Source: the human T2T-CHM13v2.0 reference genome, Homo sapiens
Assembly (NCBI RefSeq): GCF_009914755.1
Contig: NC_060928.1
Length of the DNA stretch: 64,000 nt
Reading direction: 5' to 3' (one strand)
Below the pieces are notes generated by a model. It did no database searches. It was not told the origin of the DNA and saw only the letters and a list, made by a program, of their open reading frames with translations. Below, piece by piece: positions 1-12,658 of the stretch (positions within the stretch are counted from its first letter, which is position 1; each line of letters begins with the position of its first letter). The translations under genes were made by a program, and so were the position numbers.

Positions 1-884
1 ATTTTGATACTAGGTTAAAAATGACTTATATTGGCATTTTTTAAACAGTTTAAGACAAATAATGTTTTTGATACTGTTTATTATAACATATGAAAAGTCT
101 TTATATTTATGCAAATATACTCTATTTTATCATCTGTTCATTTAATGTTGCATTTGCATGCACTCCTGAATTACTTGTTACTAAAACATACAGAACAGAC
201 AGAAAGTTAAAATTGGTTAATTTCTATCTAATCTGGATAAGATAAACACGAGTGAAATAAATCATTATGTCAAATAACAAAAACCTCATGCATAGAAACT
301 TCAACATTTCTGAATAACAAAAAGTATAACATTATGTAGGGCAAGATGCCACTTTTGTATCAACTAGAAATAAGCCCTGAATCTGAATGATGAAATTTTA
401 ATAGTAACTTTTGACTGCAGGGCACAGAGTTTACTCTCTTGGTCAGATGCTTTTGTGAATGACACAAACTGTGTGTCCAGATCACTTTTCCCTATAATCA
501 CTTCAAATTATTTGACTTTTTGATCTGTTTATTTTCTCTCTCTCTTTTTTGTCCACAACAGATATTCCAAATATCCACCGAGTTTTCAAATACTCCAGTC
601 CGTATTTGGTCTTCCCATTCCTAGCAGAAGTACTTTGTCTTCTACTTCCCAGAATAATGTTAATTCTCTTATTTTAGACTTGCTTGCTTTAATTTGTATT
701 TGTTCTTGGCTTTTTTTCTTTCCATCTCACAGGATAAGAGGGCATCTCTTCTTCCATATTCATAAATACGTTGCCAACAGGAATTTGTTGTTATTTACAC
801 TTTCTTCTCCTAGACATTTTAATTTTACTTACCTTCCTTGAGCACACGGCAAAGTCAAAACACAAGCAGAATCTTACTTATGAA

Positions 885-1288
885 TAGAGGCAGATTTATT
901 AAGCCAGGGGTAGGCAAACTATAGCCAATGAGCCAAAGCCAGGCTGCCATGGGTTTTTATAAATAAAATTTTATAGGAACTCAGCCACAGACATTCCTTT
1001 ACATATTGCCTACAGCTGCTTAAGCACTACAAAGGCAAAGTTGCATATTTACAACACAAACAATATGGCCTGCAAGCCTAAAGTATCTACTATTGTGCCC
1101 TTTATAGAAAATGTTTATCAGCTTTTGTTCTGTTATCCTAAGTTATGAGGCTTACATTTCTGGCCACCTCATTTGCATTTGAGTTTCCAGTTTTGAGTTT
1201 GTAGTTTTGTATTCTTGCTTGACGAGCCCCAAACCCTGACCTCCAAATTGAATGTGCTGTAGATCCCACAAAATATGGATCCAATCAA
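885..1288 (+). mobile_element. Arthur1A-like hAT-Tip100 non-autonomous DNA transposon, interrupted by MER58A
   Basis: 5' end 'tagaggcagattta...agttatgaggcttacatttctggccacctcatttgca' and 3' end 'tttgtattcttg...cccacaaaatatggatcc' resemble Arthur1 termini (recalled consensus). Confidence 0.55.
905..1125 (+). mobile_element. MER58A (hAT-Charlie MITE)
   Basis: 'caggggtaggcaaactatagcc...aaataaaattttataggaactcagccac...gcctaaagtatctactattgtgccctttatagaaaatgttt' follows the MER58A consensus along its length. Confidence 0.85.
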
Positions 1289-1382
1289 GCTGATGCCATG
1301 TCATTATCTGTAGCTTTTATTCTTTGCCATCACACACCTTCCTTGAACAGTTAGGCTTCTCCAAAAAATCTTAAATAATCAC

Positions 1383-3638
1383 TGATATGGGTTGGTTCTG
1401 TGTCTTCACCCAAATCTCATTTTGTAGCTCCCATAATTTCCACGTGTTGTGGGAGGGACCCAGTGGGAGATGACTGAATCATGAGGGCAGGTCTGTCCCA
1501 TGCTGTTGCCGTGATAGTGAATGGGTCTCACGAGATCTGACGGTGTTAAAAATGGGAGTTTCTCTGAACAATGTCTTTTTTTGCCTGCTGCCGTCTATGT
1601 AAGATGTAGCTTGCTCTTTCTTGCCTTCCACCATGATTATGATGCCTCTCCAGCCATGTGGAACTGTAAGTCCAACAAACCACTTTCTTTTGTAAATTGC
1701 CCAGTTGCAGGTATGTTTTTATCAGCAGCATGAAAATGAACTAATACAGTAAATTGTTACAGTAGAGTGGGGTGCTGGTGAAAACATATCCAAAAATGTG
1801 GAAGCGACGTTGGAACTGGGTAACAGGCAGAGGTTGGAACAGTTTGGAGGACTCAGAAGAAGACAGGAAAATGTGGCCAAGTTTGGAACTTCCTAGAGAC
1901 TTGCTGAATGGCTTTGAACAAAATGCTGACAGTGATATGGACGATGAAATCCAGGCTAGGTGGTCTCAGCTGGTGATAAGGAACTTGTTGGGAACCGGAG
2001 TAAAGGTGAGTCTTGCAAACACACTGGTGGCATTTTGCCCGGCCCTATAGATTTGTAGAACTTTGAACTTGAGAGACATGATTTAGGGTATCTGGCAGAA
2101 GAAATTTCTAAGCAGGAAAGCACTTACAATGTGACTTCGGTGCTGTTGAAAGCATTCAGTTTTATAAGGCAAGCAGAGCATAAAAATTTGGAAAATTTGC
2201 AGCCTGACAATGCAATAGAAAAGAAAATCCCATTTTCTGAGGAGAAATCCAAGCCAGCTACAGACATTTGCATAAGATAATGGGGAAAATGTCTCCAGGA
2301 CATGTCAAAGGTCTTTACCTCAGCCTCTCCCATCACAGGCACAGAGACCTAGGAGGAAGAAGCGGTTTTGTGGGCTGGGCCCAGGGTTCCTTTGCTGTGT
2401 GCAGCCTAGGGACTTCATCCCCTGCATCACAGCAACTCTAGCTATGGCTGAAAGGGGACAACATAGAGCTCAGGCTATGGCTTCAGAGGGTGCAAGCCCC
2501 AAGCCTTGGCATCTTCCATGTGGTGTTGAGCCTATGAGTGCACAGAAGTCAAGAATTGAGGTTTGGGAACCTCTGCCTAGATTTCAGAAGATGTATGGAA
2601 ACGCCTGAATGCCGAGGCAGGAGTTTGCCATATGGGTGGGGTCCTCATAGAGAACCTCTGCTAGGGCAGTGCAGAAGGATAATGTGGGGAGGGAGCCCAC
2701 ACACAGAATCCCTACTGGGGCACCACCTAGTGGGGCTGTGAGAAGAGGGCCACCGTCTTCCAGACCCCAGAAGTGTAGATCCACTGACAGCTTGCACTGT
2801 GTGCATGGAAAAGCTGCAGACACTTAACACCAGCCCATGAAGGCAGCCAGGAGGGAGACTGTACCCTGCAGAGCCAGAGGGGTGGAACTGCCCAAGACCA
2901 TGGGTATCCACCTCCTGCATCAGCATGACCTAGATGTGAGACATGGAGTCAAAGGAGCTTTAGATTTGACTGCCCTTCTGGATTTCAGACTTGCATGGGG
3001 CTTGTAGCCTCTTTGTTTTGGCCAATTTCTCCCATTTGCAATGGCTGTGTTTACCCAATCCCTTTACCCCTGTAACCGCATTGTATCTAGGAAGTAACTA
3101 ACTTGATTTTGATTTTACAGGCTCATAGGTGGAAGGGACTTGCCTTGTCTCAGATGAAACTTTGGACTGTGGACTTTTGAGTTAATGCTAAAAAGAGTTG
3201 ACACTTTGGGGGACTGTTGGGAAGGCATGACTGGTTTTGAAACATGAAGATATGAGATTCGGGAGGGGCTGGAGTGAAATGATATGGTTTGGCTCTGTGT
3301 CCCCATCCAAATCTCATCTTGTAGCTCCCATAATTTCTATATGTAGTGGGAGGGACCTGATTGGAGAAGACTGAATCATGGGGGCAGGTCTTTCCCATGC
3401 TGTTCTCATAATAGTGAATGGGTCTCACAAGATCTAATGGTGTTAAAAACAGGATTGTCTCTGCACAAGCTCTTTTTTTGCCTGCTGCCACCCACATAAG
3501 ATGTGTCTTGCTCCTTTTTGCCATGATTGTGAGTCCTCCCCAGCCATGCGGAACTGTATGTCCAATAAACCTTTTTCTTTTGTAAGTTGTCTGGTCGTGG
3601 GTATGTCTTTATCAGCAGTGTTAAAATGGACTAATACA
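1383..3638 (+). mobile_element. Full-length THE1A (ERVL-MaLR): 5' LTR 1383-1748, internal 1749-3279, 3' LTR 3280-3638
   Basis: Both LTRs run TGATATGG...CTAATACA. Perfect 5-bp TSD ATCAC (1378-1382, 3639-3643). ORF 1772-2050 is the MaLR gag-like remnant. LTR features 'ctcatcttgtagctccc' and 'gaatgggtctc' favour THE1A. Confidence 0.93.
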
Positions 3639-3931
3639 ATCACTCTATCAAATGAGATAATATTTATTCCTTTACCACTGACAACTCTCTCTCGGCTCTT
3701 CTATTCAATCATGTTACTGATAGATGCTTTGCTTTTTGTTTTTGTTGTTTAACCTGATTGTTATAGCTTATTTTATGAATTTCTGTTCTTCTTTTAATTT
3801 TACAACAATTTTACTATTTCTCCTTACATGTTTATAAGTCATACGGAGACTCCTTCTCATCTACCCTGACCCCAGAATATTAAAACTTTTCGGAGTTTCT
3901 GGATTAATTCCATTATATGGACATGATTTCT

Positions 3932-4267
3932 TGAGATAGGAAAAACTGATTTGATTGTGACATTAGACTTATCGGAATCTAAGATCTCACAAAATAAAGC
4001 TTTACTAGTAATTTCACGAACTCAGGTAATCATTAGGCATGGGCAAATCAGAGAATTATTTAGATCTCTTAATCTGATTCTTTAGATCCTGGGTTCTATC
4101 ATTAGATACTCCCTTGCCCAGGCAGAAAGATGAGACTTCTAGAGAGGTATGCCGACAATTTATTTACATGGAGATAACTGTCTCAATTATCAAATATCTT
4201 AATTTTTATGCAGATAGTTACATATGTGGTATATGTGACATTTTCCAGGGAGCCCCATAAATCCACA
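3932..4267 (-). mobile_element. 3' LTR of the class III provirus
   Basis: Minus strand starts TGTGGAT right after purine-rich AACAAAGTAGAAGGT (4268-4282) and ends in CA. Aligns to 10851-11148, e.g. 'attgtgacattagact...aagat...gcttt...taatttca...taatcat...atggg' and 'agatag..aca...tgacattttc..ggga'. Confidence 0.75.
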
Positions 4268-5061
4268 ACCTTCTACTTTGTTAACCATAAGCAATTCTAA
4301 ACGACCAAGTACATTCTGCTAAAAGCATTTCTGTGATAGATGATCACTCTCCTGCTAGCAAAAAAACAAATTGTTTGTCAGGAGCTGTCATTAGTATGTT
4401 TATATAAGCAAAATGGGCTTCCTTCCTTCTGTGGATCCTGGCAGGGCATCTCAGTAATCAGAAAGAATCAAAGACCCTTTCCTTCCCAGTCTGCTCTGGC
4501 CTTGGTCAACATCTTAGTGCCAAATATTGCTGGTGTATTATCATTATTGGCTTACACCATTTTCTGCAGTGTTTCACTTAAGCCAACTGATACTCTGACC
4601 TTGATTTGAACCATCCAACAGAGAGTAGGAATTCCCTCCACAAAGCACGTTACTCATTAACATCTTCCTTTACAAGTCTCTTGATGTTCATTCACAAACT
4701 CAATTACCTTTTTCCTCCCTCAACCTCAATTATTTGCATCATTTTCCATGGGCCTATGGGAGTATTTAATTGAATACATATTTTTTCTTCTCAAATCAAA
4801 TTTTCTGAAAAAAATTTGTTTCTATGAACTGTATTTTAGGTATATTCCAGGTTGGTACAAACACTAATTTTCAGGGGTCATTATGTCAAAGAGCCCATCC
4901 ACACCCCATGGCCTACATATGTCAAAGGATTGTTCTTTATTCATCCACTTTCTACGAATTCCACACATGGGAGATAAACTTCTTTTTCATCCATATTACC
5001 AGGGCTGTCAGGGAGCAACATTAAAGGTCACAGTGTTCAGTGAAACCTTGCCATAACTTAG

Positions 5062-5566
<505 letters not shown>

Positions 5567-5907
5567 TGAGCTTGTTTTTTTATGAATTCCTGCAACTCAA
5601 CATTAAAGACATAATATCCCATAGTGATTAATATATCCAATAGTCCTTCCTGACTAAAGGTACAAAGTTAATCCTAGTGTTGTTAATAAGAATGGAAGTC
5701 ATTATTTATTCAGTGTCTTCAGTTCAAGCATTGTCTTAAACCAAACTGATTTCCTACTACAACTGAGTCCTCTAAAAACAGCTTCCTCTAGTGTCCCTAT
5801 TTGAAGTAGCAAGTCATTTTTATCATAATGATGGGCCTCCTAGAACACTACTTCAATTAGATTCAATATCACATGACCAAATCCTGTAATTCTTTCAAAA
5901 TGCCTGG

Positions 5908-6070
5908 CAAAGGGGCCAGTGCTGCTTAACTTGCCACTTACGTAGTTCATGTTATGTGCTAATTAAATGTGTCTAGTTTGAAAGCATTGTCTACACCTAC
6001 AAATAATGTGCTTCATGAAATTCTCAATTAGGTATATCCTAGCACCAGATACCGTTTTATCTGGCTGTGC
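5908..6070 (+). mobile_element. Probable hAT MITE (MER96-like)
   Basis: 'ggggccag...aacttgccac...tgctaattaaatgtgtctag...aaattctcaattaggtatatcc' resembles the recalled MER96 consensus. Confidence 0.4.
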
Positions 6071-6851
6071 CATAGGCTTCCCTTAAATGTCCTCTACGTA
6101 CCTCTTGAGGGAGTTATTTATAATTTTAAAGCATTAAAGCAAACATAAAATCACATTCTCTGAGGCTTTCTAGGTTCTAGTTTTATATTATTTAAATTAA
6201 TTCCATTTACATTCACACTGATATGTTCAAAGCAACAGATCAGATCAAGCTGTGACATACCAGACAGGCAGCCACTATCTGCTTTCTATCATAACCAGGG
6301 AGCTGTCTTAGCAATGTATCATTTTGATTTATGGCCATATAGAGTGCAGAAATTCTATTGTACAGCATCCTCTGCTCTGTACAATTCACTGGTAGTTTCT
6401 CTGGAAAAAAATAATCTAGAATGGTAAACAAAGCCTAGAAACTGAGTGATAACTGTAGTCAACTACACATAAGCTGAGTTGTCAGGGGGCACTTTGTCAT
6501 TTGTTTTATTCAAATTATACAGGTAGAACATCCAAATCAGTAGGAGTCCAATTTTCCTTTTCTGCAGTAAGCAGGCCAAGAGATTTTCACCAAGAAAGCC
6601 CATTTATTTGGATGAAAATAGCAAAAGATAGTTAAGTATGATATCCTCACTCTGAGCTGTTTGCATGAAAATATTGTAGTGGCTTCCCTCCACGGTAATG
6701 TAATCTACTTATAAACACCTTTCCCATCTGCTATGATTTTACCCTATTTCCAAATGCTTCCTCCCAATATCAGGCTGTATAACTCATCATGCATAATGTT
6801 TGCCCACACAATCAATAACAAGAACCTTACTAGCACACCCAAACAAATGTT

Positions 6852-6949
6852 TGGGTTTTATTTGTTTGTTTGCTTAACTTTTATTTTAAGTTCAGGGGTA
6901 CATGTGCAGATTTGTTACACAAGTAAACTTGTGTCATGGGGTTTGTTGT
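6852..6949 (-). mobile_element. Extremely 5'-truncated L1 (older L1PA-type 3' end)
   Basis: 'aacttttattttaagttcaggggtacatgtgcagatttgttacac' is an L1 3' terminus; 12-bp TSD CAAACAAATGTT at 6840-6851 and 6950-6961. Confidence 0.85.
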
Positions 6950-7349
6950 CAAACAAATGTTATAAGTGATAGACAGAGGACCTCAGAAGTCTCTCCTCTG
7001 CTTGATAATGGAGCTACCTTCACCTTTAGCCCTAATTTGATTACATAGGAAGGAACTTTTGATCCACCACAAATTACCTTTCAGAAAAGGCACAGTCAAA
7101 TTAAATGACAAGAATATCACGTCTTGGGTAATGTATAATCTTCCTCTGGTGCAAGTAAACTTAAAACTGGGTTTGAGACCACCATTAGAGGCCAAATAAA
7201 AGTATTAGATGTGGGAAAGATATAAAGTTATATATTATTGCATTCCCCTTCACTCCCTCATTACTACCTGTTGATTTTAGTAAGGCACAGTGGATTTTGT
7301 GATTTATTTCTCATAGTAGTCTCAGGAAGCAATGGTTTCACTAAATGAA

Positions 7350-7423
7350 CCCTTAAAAATTTTTGAGCAAGGGGTCTTGCTTTTCATTTTTCACTGGGTT
7401 ACAGAAGTTATGTAGCTGGTCCT
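7350..7423 (+). mobile_element. MER91A 3' fragment (hAT-Tip100)
   Basis: 'tttttgagcaaggggtcttgcttttcatttttcactgggttacagaagttatgtagctggtcct' matches the MER91A 3' half. Confidence 0.7.
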
Positions 7424-7685
7424 TCCTGTTGACATTGGCTGTGTCATTCAGTGCAACAGCATGTGTCTTTCAAATGGATTATAGCAAACAGCTGCCACAG
7501 GCATATTTTGAGTCAAAATCGTGAGGAGTCTAAATTGGTGGTCCCATTTAACTTTTCCTAAAGGGCTCTAGTTTGGGTATGCCCTAATATCATCTGACCA
7601 GTTGGATGGGATCATAAGGGCCTAATGTTATTGCCTGTGCTACCACCTACCACAATACTTTTCATGCTTATTTCTATTCCGTACC

Positions 7686-8113
7686 TGCAGTGAGTTAAAT
7701 AGTGCTCTTCTAAAATTATTACTCATTCAGAATCTCAGAAGGTGACCTTCTTTAGAAATTTGCACATATAATTAGTTAAGATGAGCTCCTACTAGATTAA
7801 GGAGGGTCCTAATTCCAATGACTGGAGGTGTTTTTATAAGAAGAGAGGACCCATGGAGAAGAGATTGAAAATGAAAGCAGAAATTGGAGTAATAAATCTA
7901 TAAGTAATAAAGCTCCAAAAATTTGTAAGAGAGAGTAGAACCTAGGCAGGGGCAAGAAAAGATTTTTTTCTGTGGCTTTTCAAGGAAGCGTGACCCTATT
8001 GACTCCTTGGCTTCAGACTTCTAGCCTCCAGAACTGTGAAATAATAAATTTCAGTTGTTTTAAGCTACCCAGTTTGTGGTAATTTGTTCCAGCAGCCCTA
8101 GGAAAGTACTACA
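7686..8113 (+). mobile_element. MLT1 solo LTR (MLT1C/B-like), nested in proviral RT
   Basis: Typical 3' end 'cttcagacttctagcctccagaactgtgaaataataaatttcagttgttttaagctacccagtttgtggtaatttg...gcagccctaggaaagtactaca'. Confidence 0.85.
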
Positions 8114-8245
8114 ATGCTGTATTCACGTTCTGAACTCTTTCCAGTTATTTTGTGAGTATGGGTAGACAAGATTCTTAGAACAGTCTTGACAGTCTCTGAG
8201 TTTATTGCTTATTGATGGGTCCTATGAAAGATAAATTACTTCTCA

Positions 8246-8351
8246 CAGTTTAAGGAATGTCCTAAGTTGATCTGCACTAATTTACAGGATTTAGTTGCAG
8301 TTTAAGGAATGTCCTAAGTTGATCTGTACTAATTTCCAGGAATTAATTTGC
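8246..8351. repeat. 52-bp tandem duplication (2 copies) inside proviral RT
   Basis: 'cagtttaaggaatgtcctaagttgatctg(c/t)actaattt(a/c)cagga' starts at 8246 and at 8298. Confidence 0.95.
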
Positions 8352-8639
8352 ACCTTGGGCTGTGCCTTAAATTATAGCTGGATTTATCAGCCAGCTTCTA
8401 TTTGTAATATGGGTGACTATGGTCCTTAACTCCTCTCCTAATTTTTGCTCTGAGAAGAAAATTATCATCATACCATGAAAGTAGTATATGAACTCTATCT
8501 TTTAGGTTATTCTTTACCAGATTATGGAAATGTGATAATGAATTTTTTTAAAAATCCATGATAAGACAGTAAACATATACTTGTTTCTATTCTGCAAAGC
8601 TTAAAATATTCCTACTTGAAATTAAAAAAAAAAAAATCT

Positions 8640-8764
8640 TAGGAGGCCCCTGAGATTGGTTTAATGCTCTGTTGTAGCTATCTTGAAATTCTTCATAATT
8701 TTTGAGTAAGTATCCATGCATTTTCATTTTATACTCAGCTCTACGAATTATGTAGTTAATCTTG
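8640..8764 (+). mobile_element. MER91A fragment nested in proviral RT
   Basis: 'ggcccctgagattggtttaatgctctgttgtagctatcttgaaattcttcataatttttgag...ttttcatttt...aattatgtagt'. Confidence 0.75.
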
Positions 8765-9349
8765 ATAACATATCAGAGCCTCTTGTCTACTTTATTTTCT
8801 GTACATTCTTCATCATATCAGGTACAGATGAAGCATGCAAATGAACCACCTTGATACTCTACTGTAACTGTCCAGGGGCTACCTACTTATTGACCAGTTA
8901 GAACTACAAAAAGGAAGTTAATGTGGGGAGGGGAACTTCCTTCTGAACCATTTTCTTAATTACAACAGTAGTCTCTTATTGCGCCCTTGGAATTCTGCAT
9001 TGCTTAATGTTTACTATTGTGGAGAGCTTGAGCAATTCCAAAGGATCCCATTTGGCATGGCTGATTAAAATTTGGTGAAGAGTGAGCTTAGTCTTCATCC
9101 TCTGTGGAAACACAAAGACAACAATGTCCCATTCATATTGAATGACAATTGCAATTTTGTATTTATGTAAAGGTAGCACAAGCAGGTAATATTCTCTCCA
9201 ACCACACATTCCAACCTGTAACTTCATCTTTACCTTGGTTTCCTCCCTGATGTTCTCTTCATGCACTCCAGATTTCACTTAGAGCATGTATGAGGCTCTT
9301 TCCTACCTTCCATAAGGCCTACTGTAAATTCTGCTCTACATCCTACCAA

Positions 9350-10760
9350 TGATAAGAAACTTTGAATACCACTCCAGGTAACTTTGTTCAAATTATTATA
9401 TATATGGCCTCAGATCCATGACTGGGACTGGAATGAACAGACCTCAGTTCTTTATTTAATTGTTTTCAGATTCTATGGCTTTAATTAAGTCAGTAAACTC
9501 AGCCCCCTGTTCAAGTATATTCTCTTCTATATCACTATCCTCATAATTGGATTTGAACTCTTTCAGCCATAATAAATAAAGCAAATTTTCTATGATTCTT
9601 TAAGGAATTGGTGGGTGCTACAGTACTCCCCTCCTCTGATTCAAAAGTTTATAATGTGCTTTTACTTTCTTATTAAAAATTCTATCAAGGCTTACTTTTT
9701 AAATCCTATTTATATTTTCTTCAAAAGTAAATTAATTCAAGTGAGCTGCCTTTCTATTTTCTCTTCTGATTTTTAATTTCTCCCTGTTGTGCACATGATA
9801 TAAATGCTTTTTCTTCATGTAATCCCATGTATAGTAACTAAACCTGTATGTTTGTTACTGCTCTCTGAATATATATATTTGGCTCTCAAGGTTATATAAG
9901 TCTTGTAAGACAGAGCATCATTAGCTTATCCCATTCACTCTATCTCTTATTATTTGTATCAATAGCATTAACTAAGGTGTTTTCTCTCTGGAAAATATAA
10001 AGCCTGTCAACATTTACACTTGTATCATTCCTATCATGTGAAAAGGAGAATCCAATTGGCAATTTGGAGAGGAATAGTAGCAGTTACCCTTCTCAGTATA
10101 GGACTGACAAATCTCACCTTAACAACTGCAGCCGATATGCTATCACAGTATTTGGAAGTGTTTTCTCAAAAGTTTACAGCCATTTAATGATTAGTCATGA
10201 CCATGAATAGTCCTTTGCATCAAATAATAATAGAATTGCAACAAGTCCTCCATCATTAATTTGAAGAATCCATGCCAATGTTAATTCACCAGTCTTCTGT
10301 TAGTGAATATTCTGTTCTTTAATAAAATATAGTTTTCATTCATCACCTGACCTTGGACTCCAATTGCATAAATAGTTTGTCCAATAATCAATATTTTGAG
10401 TCATTTCTAAGGATACATGAAATTTCTCCAAGAAACCAGGGAGGGATAAGAAGGTTTTCCAGCGAATAAAATGTAATCTCGCAGCTTTTACTCCCACTAT
10501 CATCTCCTCCTATTAAAAACTAACCTATTAAAAGGTTAGCTTTTACAGGTATGCTAGCAGGAGTCAGCCAATGGGATTTTCACCCAATTTCCCTTTGTCC
10601 ATGTACTCCCTAGACCTGTACTCCCAGACTATAGTCTATGGCCCCCAGATTTCAATGGTAAGACTTATTTCCCTTAGCCTGCCTCAAAGATTCCACTACC
10701 TCATACCAAAAATGTACAGCCAACTATCCTGAGAACAAATTCTCATATTTTTCCATTATC
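9350..10760 (-). pseudogene. ERVL-type gag remnant
   Basis: Minus-strand QKTGELTLAWILQINDGG (~10246-10299) resembles ERVL Gag QKxGExxWEWILRVWDNGG. N-terminal HFWYEVVESL and G*LLLA resemble HPWxEVAxxL and WLLL. Lies between the PBS and protease. Confidence 0.7.
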
Positions 10761-10829
10761 TCCTTTTGAAAAGGAGCACAGGTAGAAAAAGAAAACATTC
10801 ACTGTTTTGATGTGTGGGTCTAAAAGACA

Positions 10830-10847
10830 ATCCTGCTCACAGTGCCA
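10830..10847 (-). promoter_or_regulatory. Primer-binding site complementary to tRNA-Ser(CGA)
   Basis: Minus strand TGGCACTGTGAGCAGGAT vs expected TGGCGCTGTGAGCAGGAT (17/18; the mismatch is a CpG transition), 3 nt after the LTR-terminal CA. Confidence 0.85.
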
Positions 10848-10850
10848 ATC

Positions 10851-11148
10851 TGAACCCACAAAAAGCATTGAATTGTCAAATCAGACTCAGATTGAAGATT
10901 TTGCTCAGTATCATGCTTTCTGAATAATTTCAAAGATAAAATAATCATATATGGGTTAAGTGGGGAGAGACCTGGGTCCTTTCATCTTCATTGAATGTGG
11001 TCTGGTCCAAGTTTCTAGATTTGGTTTCTAAGTAAAATGTACAGTTGCTTTACTTACTCAGGTGTATTCTCAGTTACAAACCATCTCCTTTTATACTTAG
11101 ATAGCAACACAGCTAACATGACATTTTCTTGGGAATCATCACCCTACA
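10851..11148 (-). mobile_element. 5' LTR of the class III provirus
   Basis: Minus strand TGTAGGG...GGGTTCA, directly followed by the PBS; aligns to 3932-4267. Confidence 0.78.
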
Positions 11149-12429
11149 TTTATTGATTCCTGGCTTATTTTTCATAAGCAATTTTAGACAACTCCGCATG
11201 GTCTGCTAAAAACATTTTATGAAGAATGATTCTTTTGCTACCAAAAACTATTTAGTTTATTTTCTAAGAGACTTGCATTAATATGTTTGCAGAAAAATTA
11301 AACTAGAACACCTGACTTCTTTATTTCCCAGGAGTTTTCCTCCACACCTGACCCCATCAGGGGAGAAAATTGATCAGGAGGTACTACCTCTTTCCACACC
11401 ATTCTTGAATCTATTCTACAGAACTCTCTCACATGGTCTAGCAATATGTTTAAGGTAGAATGCTTTTTCTATCAATATTTCTTATGTGTTAAATTTGCAT
11501 TATTATATATTGACTAGAAATTATATATTCCTTCTTAAACATTAATCATAATGCATCTAAAAACCTAATTTATTTCAACCAATAAATTTCTCTTTAATTC
11601 CTGTCCTCAACATTCTTGTCCTCAATATTCCTATTGTTACTGTTACAGTTATGAAATCATCTTAATGAAATCACAGCTAGACCTGTGCATTTATTTAAAA
11701 CAATAGTATCCTTTTTCTATAACTTAACTTCTTCAAACTTTTCTTCACTGTCGTATAATGATAATTACTCTAAAATGACAATCTGATCATTAAAACTTTA
11801 ATCTTTTACTCTCTGCCAATTTCATAAATAAATATTTGATTCACAGTTGTTATTTCTTCTTCAAGATACATCAAATAATCCACCTTTACAAAAAGCAATT
11901 TACTGTTTCATAAATGTGCTTTATTATGTCACATATTCAGTCTTTTAAACATTTTGTGCCACCCTTGGTCATCAAATAAGTTTCTATCTACTAAACATGA
12001 CTGACTTAGCAAAACTATAGCCTTAGTTTCATGCATGTCTCCATCAATTTTGCAATTGCTTTTATACCCAAACTGCAGTGGGAGAAAAACACACAACCAA
12101 ATTGTGCTGATTGTTATCTCTTTAAAACCACAACCTTGAAAAGCAAATGTGCCTTTAATGCGGCCAAACAAGCCCATTTTTCTTTTGTTAGCCATTGCCT
12201 TCTTCCTCTTATGTAAGATTAACTTATGGATTCTTTCCTCATTTCACAGCCCTCACATACTTTTCTTCAATCTCAATGCCAGGTGATGACCTTGTTTCCT
12301 GTGTCAATAAATAAATAAATAGATAGATAAATAACAATCAAGAGGAAATGCATGCAGACTCCCAGTACTACATATACTTAACGCCAGTATCTAAAATTAC
12401 ACATTACTCATCCTGCATATTAATAGAGC

Positions 12430-12658
12430 AGGGTCTTTTCTCTGGTACTATGGACAAACTGAGCCAGATAATTCTATGTTTGGGATGGGGTGTTGGAAAG
12501 ATTGCCTTGTATGTTGCAGGATGTTTAGCAACATCCCTGGCCTCTCCAATTCGATGCTAGTAGTAACTCCATTCACAAGTTGTGACAACAGAAAACATCT
12601 CCAAACATTGCCAATTGGCTCCTTGCAGAGTGAAATCTCTCCTTAAAGAAAACCACTG
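12430..12658 (-). mobile_element. MER20 (hAT-Charlie)
   Basis: 'gcaggatgtttagcaacatccctggcctct...gttgtgacaacagaaaacatctccaaacattgccaa...aaccactg' is reverse-complement MER20. Confidence 0.88.

Larger units (their letters stand above)
6650..9300 (-). pseudogene. ERVL-type pro-pol remnant (protease, RT, tether, post-integrase dUTPase-like region); multiple stops and frameshifts
   Basis: Ordered peptides vs ERVL Pol: AKWDPLEL..IVNIKQCRIP (AKWKPLEL..IVNQKQYRIP), WTVTVEY (WRMTVDY) 8854-8874, YMFTVL (YTFTVL) ~8562-8579, WLINPA (WEINPT) ~8376-8393, LGPYDP ~7608-7625, YNPFERHML (YSPFERQLL) 7457-7483, GKIIADGKG (AEVLAEGKG) ~6717-6743. Confidence 0.88.

Noticed and set aside
1521-3752. Cluster of overlapping ORFs
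   Set aside because: All lie in THE1A; broken MaLR gag-like remnant or chance frames.
8246-8351. Possible CRISPR-like repeat
   Set aside because: Two abutting copies with no spacers, in mammalian DNA; a simple tandem duplication.
8976-9278. 100-aa ORF as a functional or domesticated protein
   Set aside because: Stop-bounded piece of decayed pro-pol; flanking RT has stops, frameshifts, nested inserts and a degenerate YxDD.
10829-10847. Possible tRNA-Ser gene
   Set aside because: Only the 3'-terminal ~19 nt including CCA are present, next to an LTR; it is a PBS.
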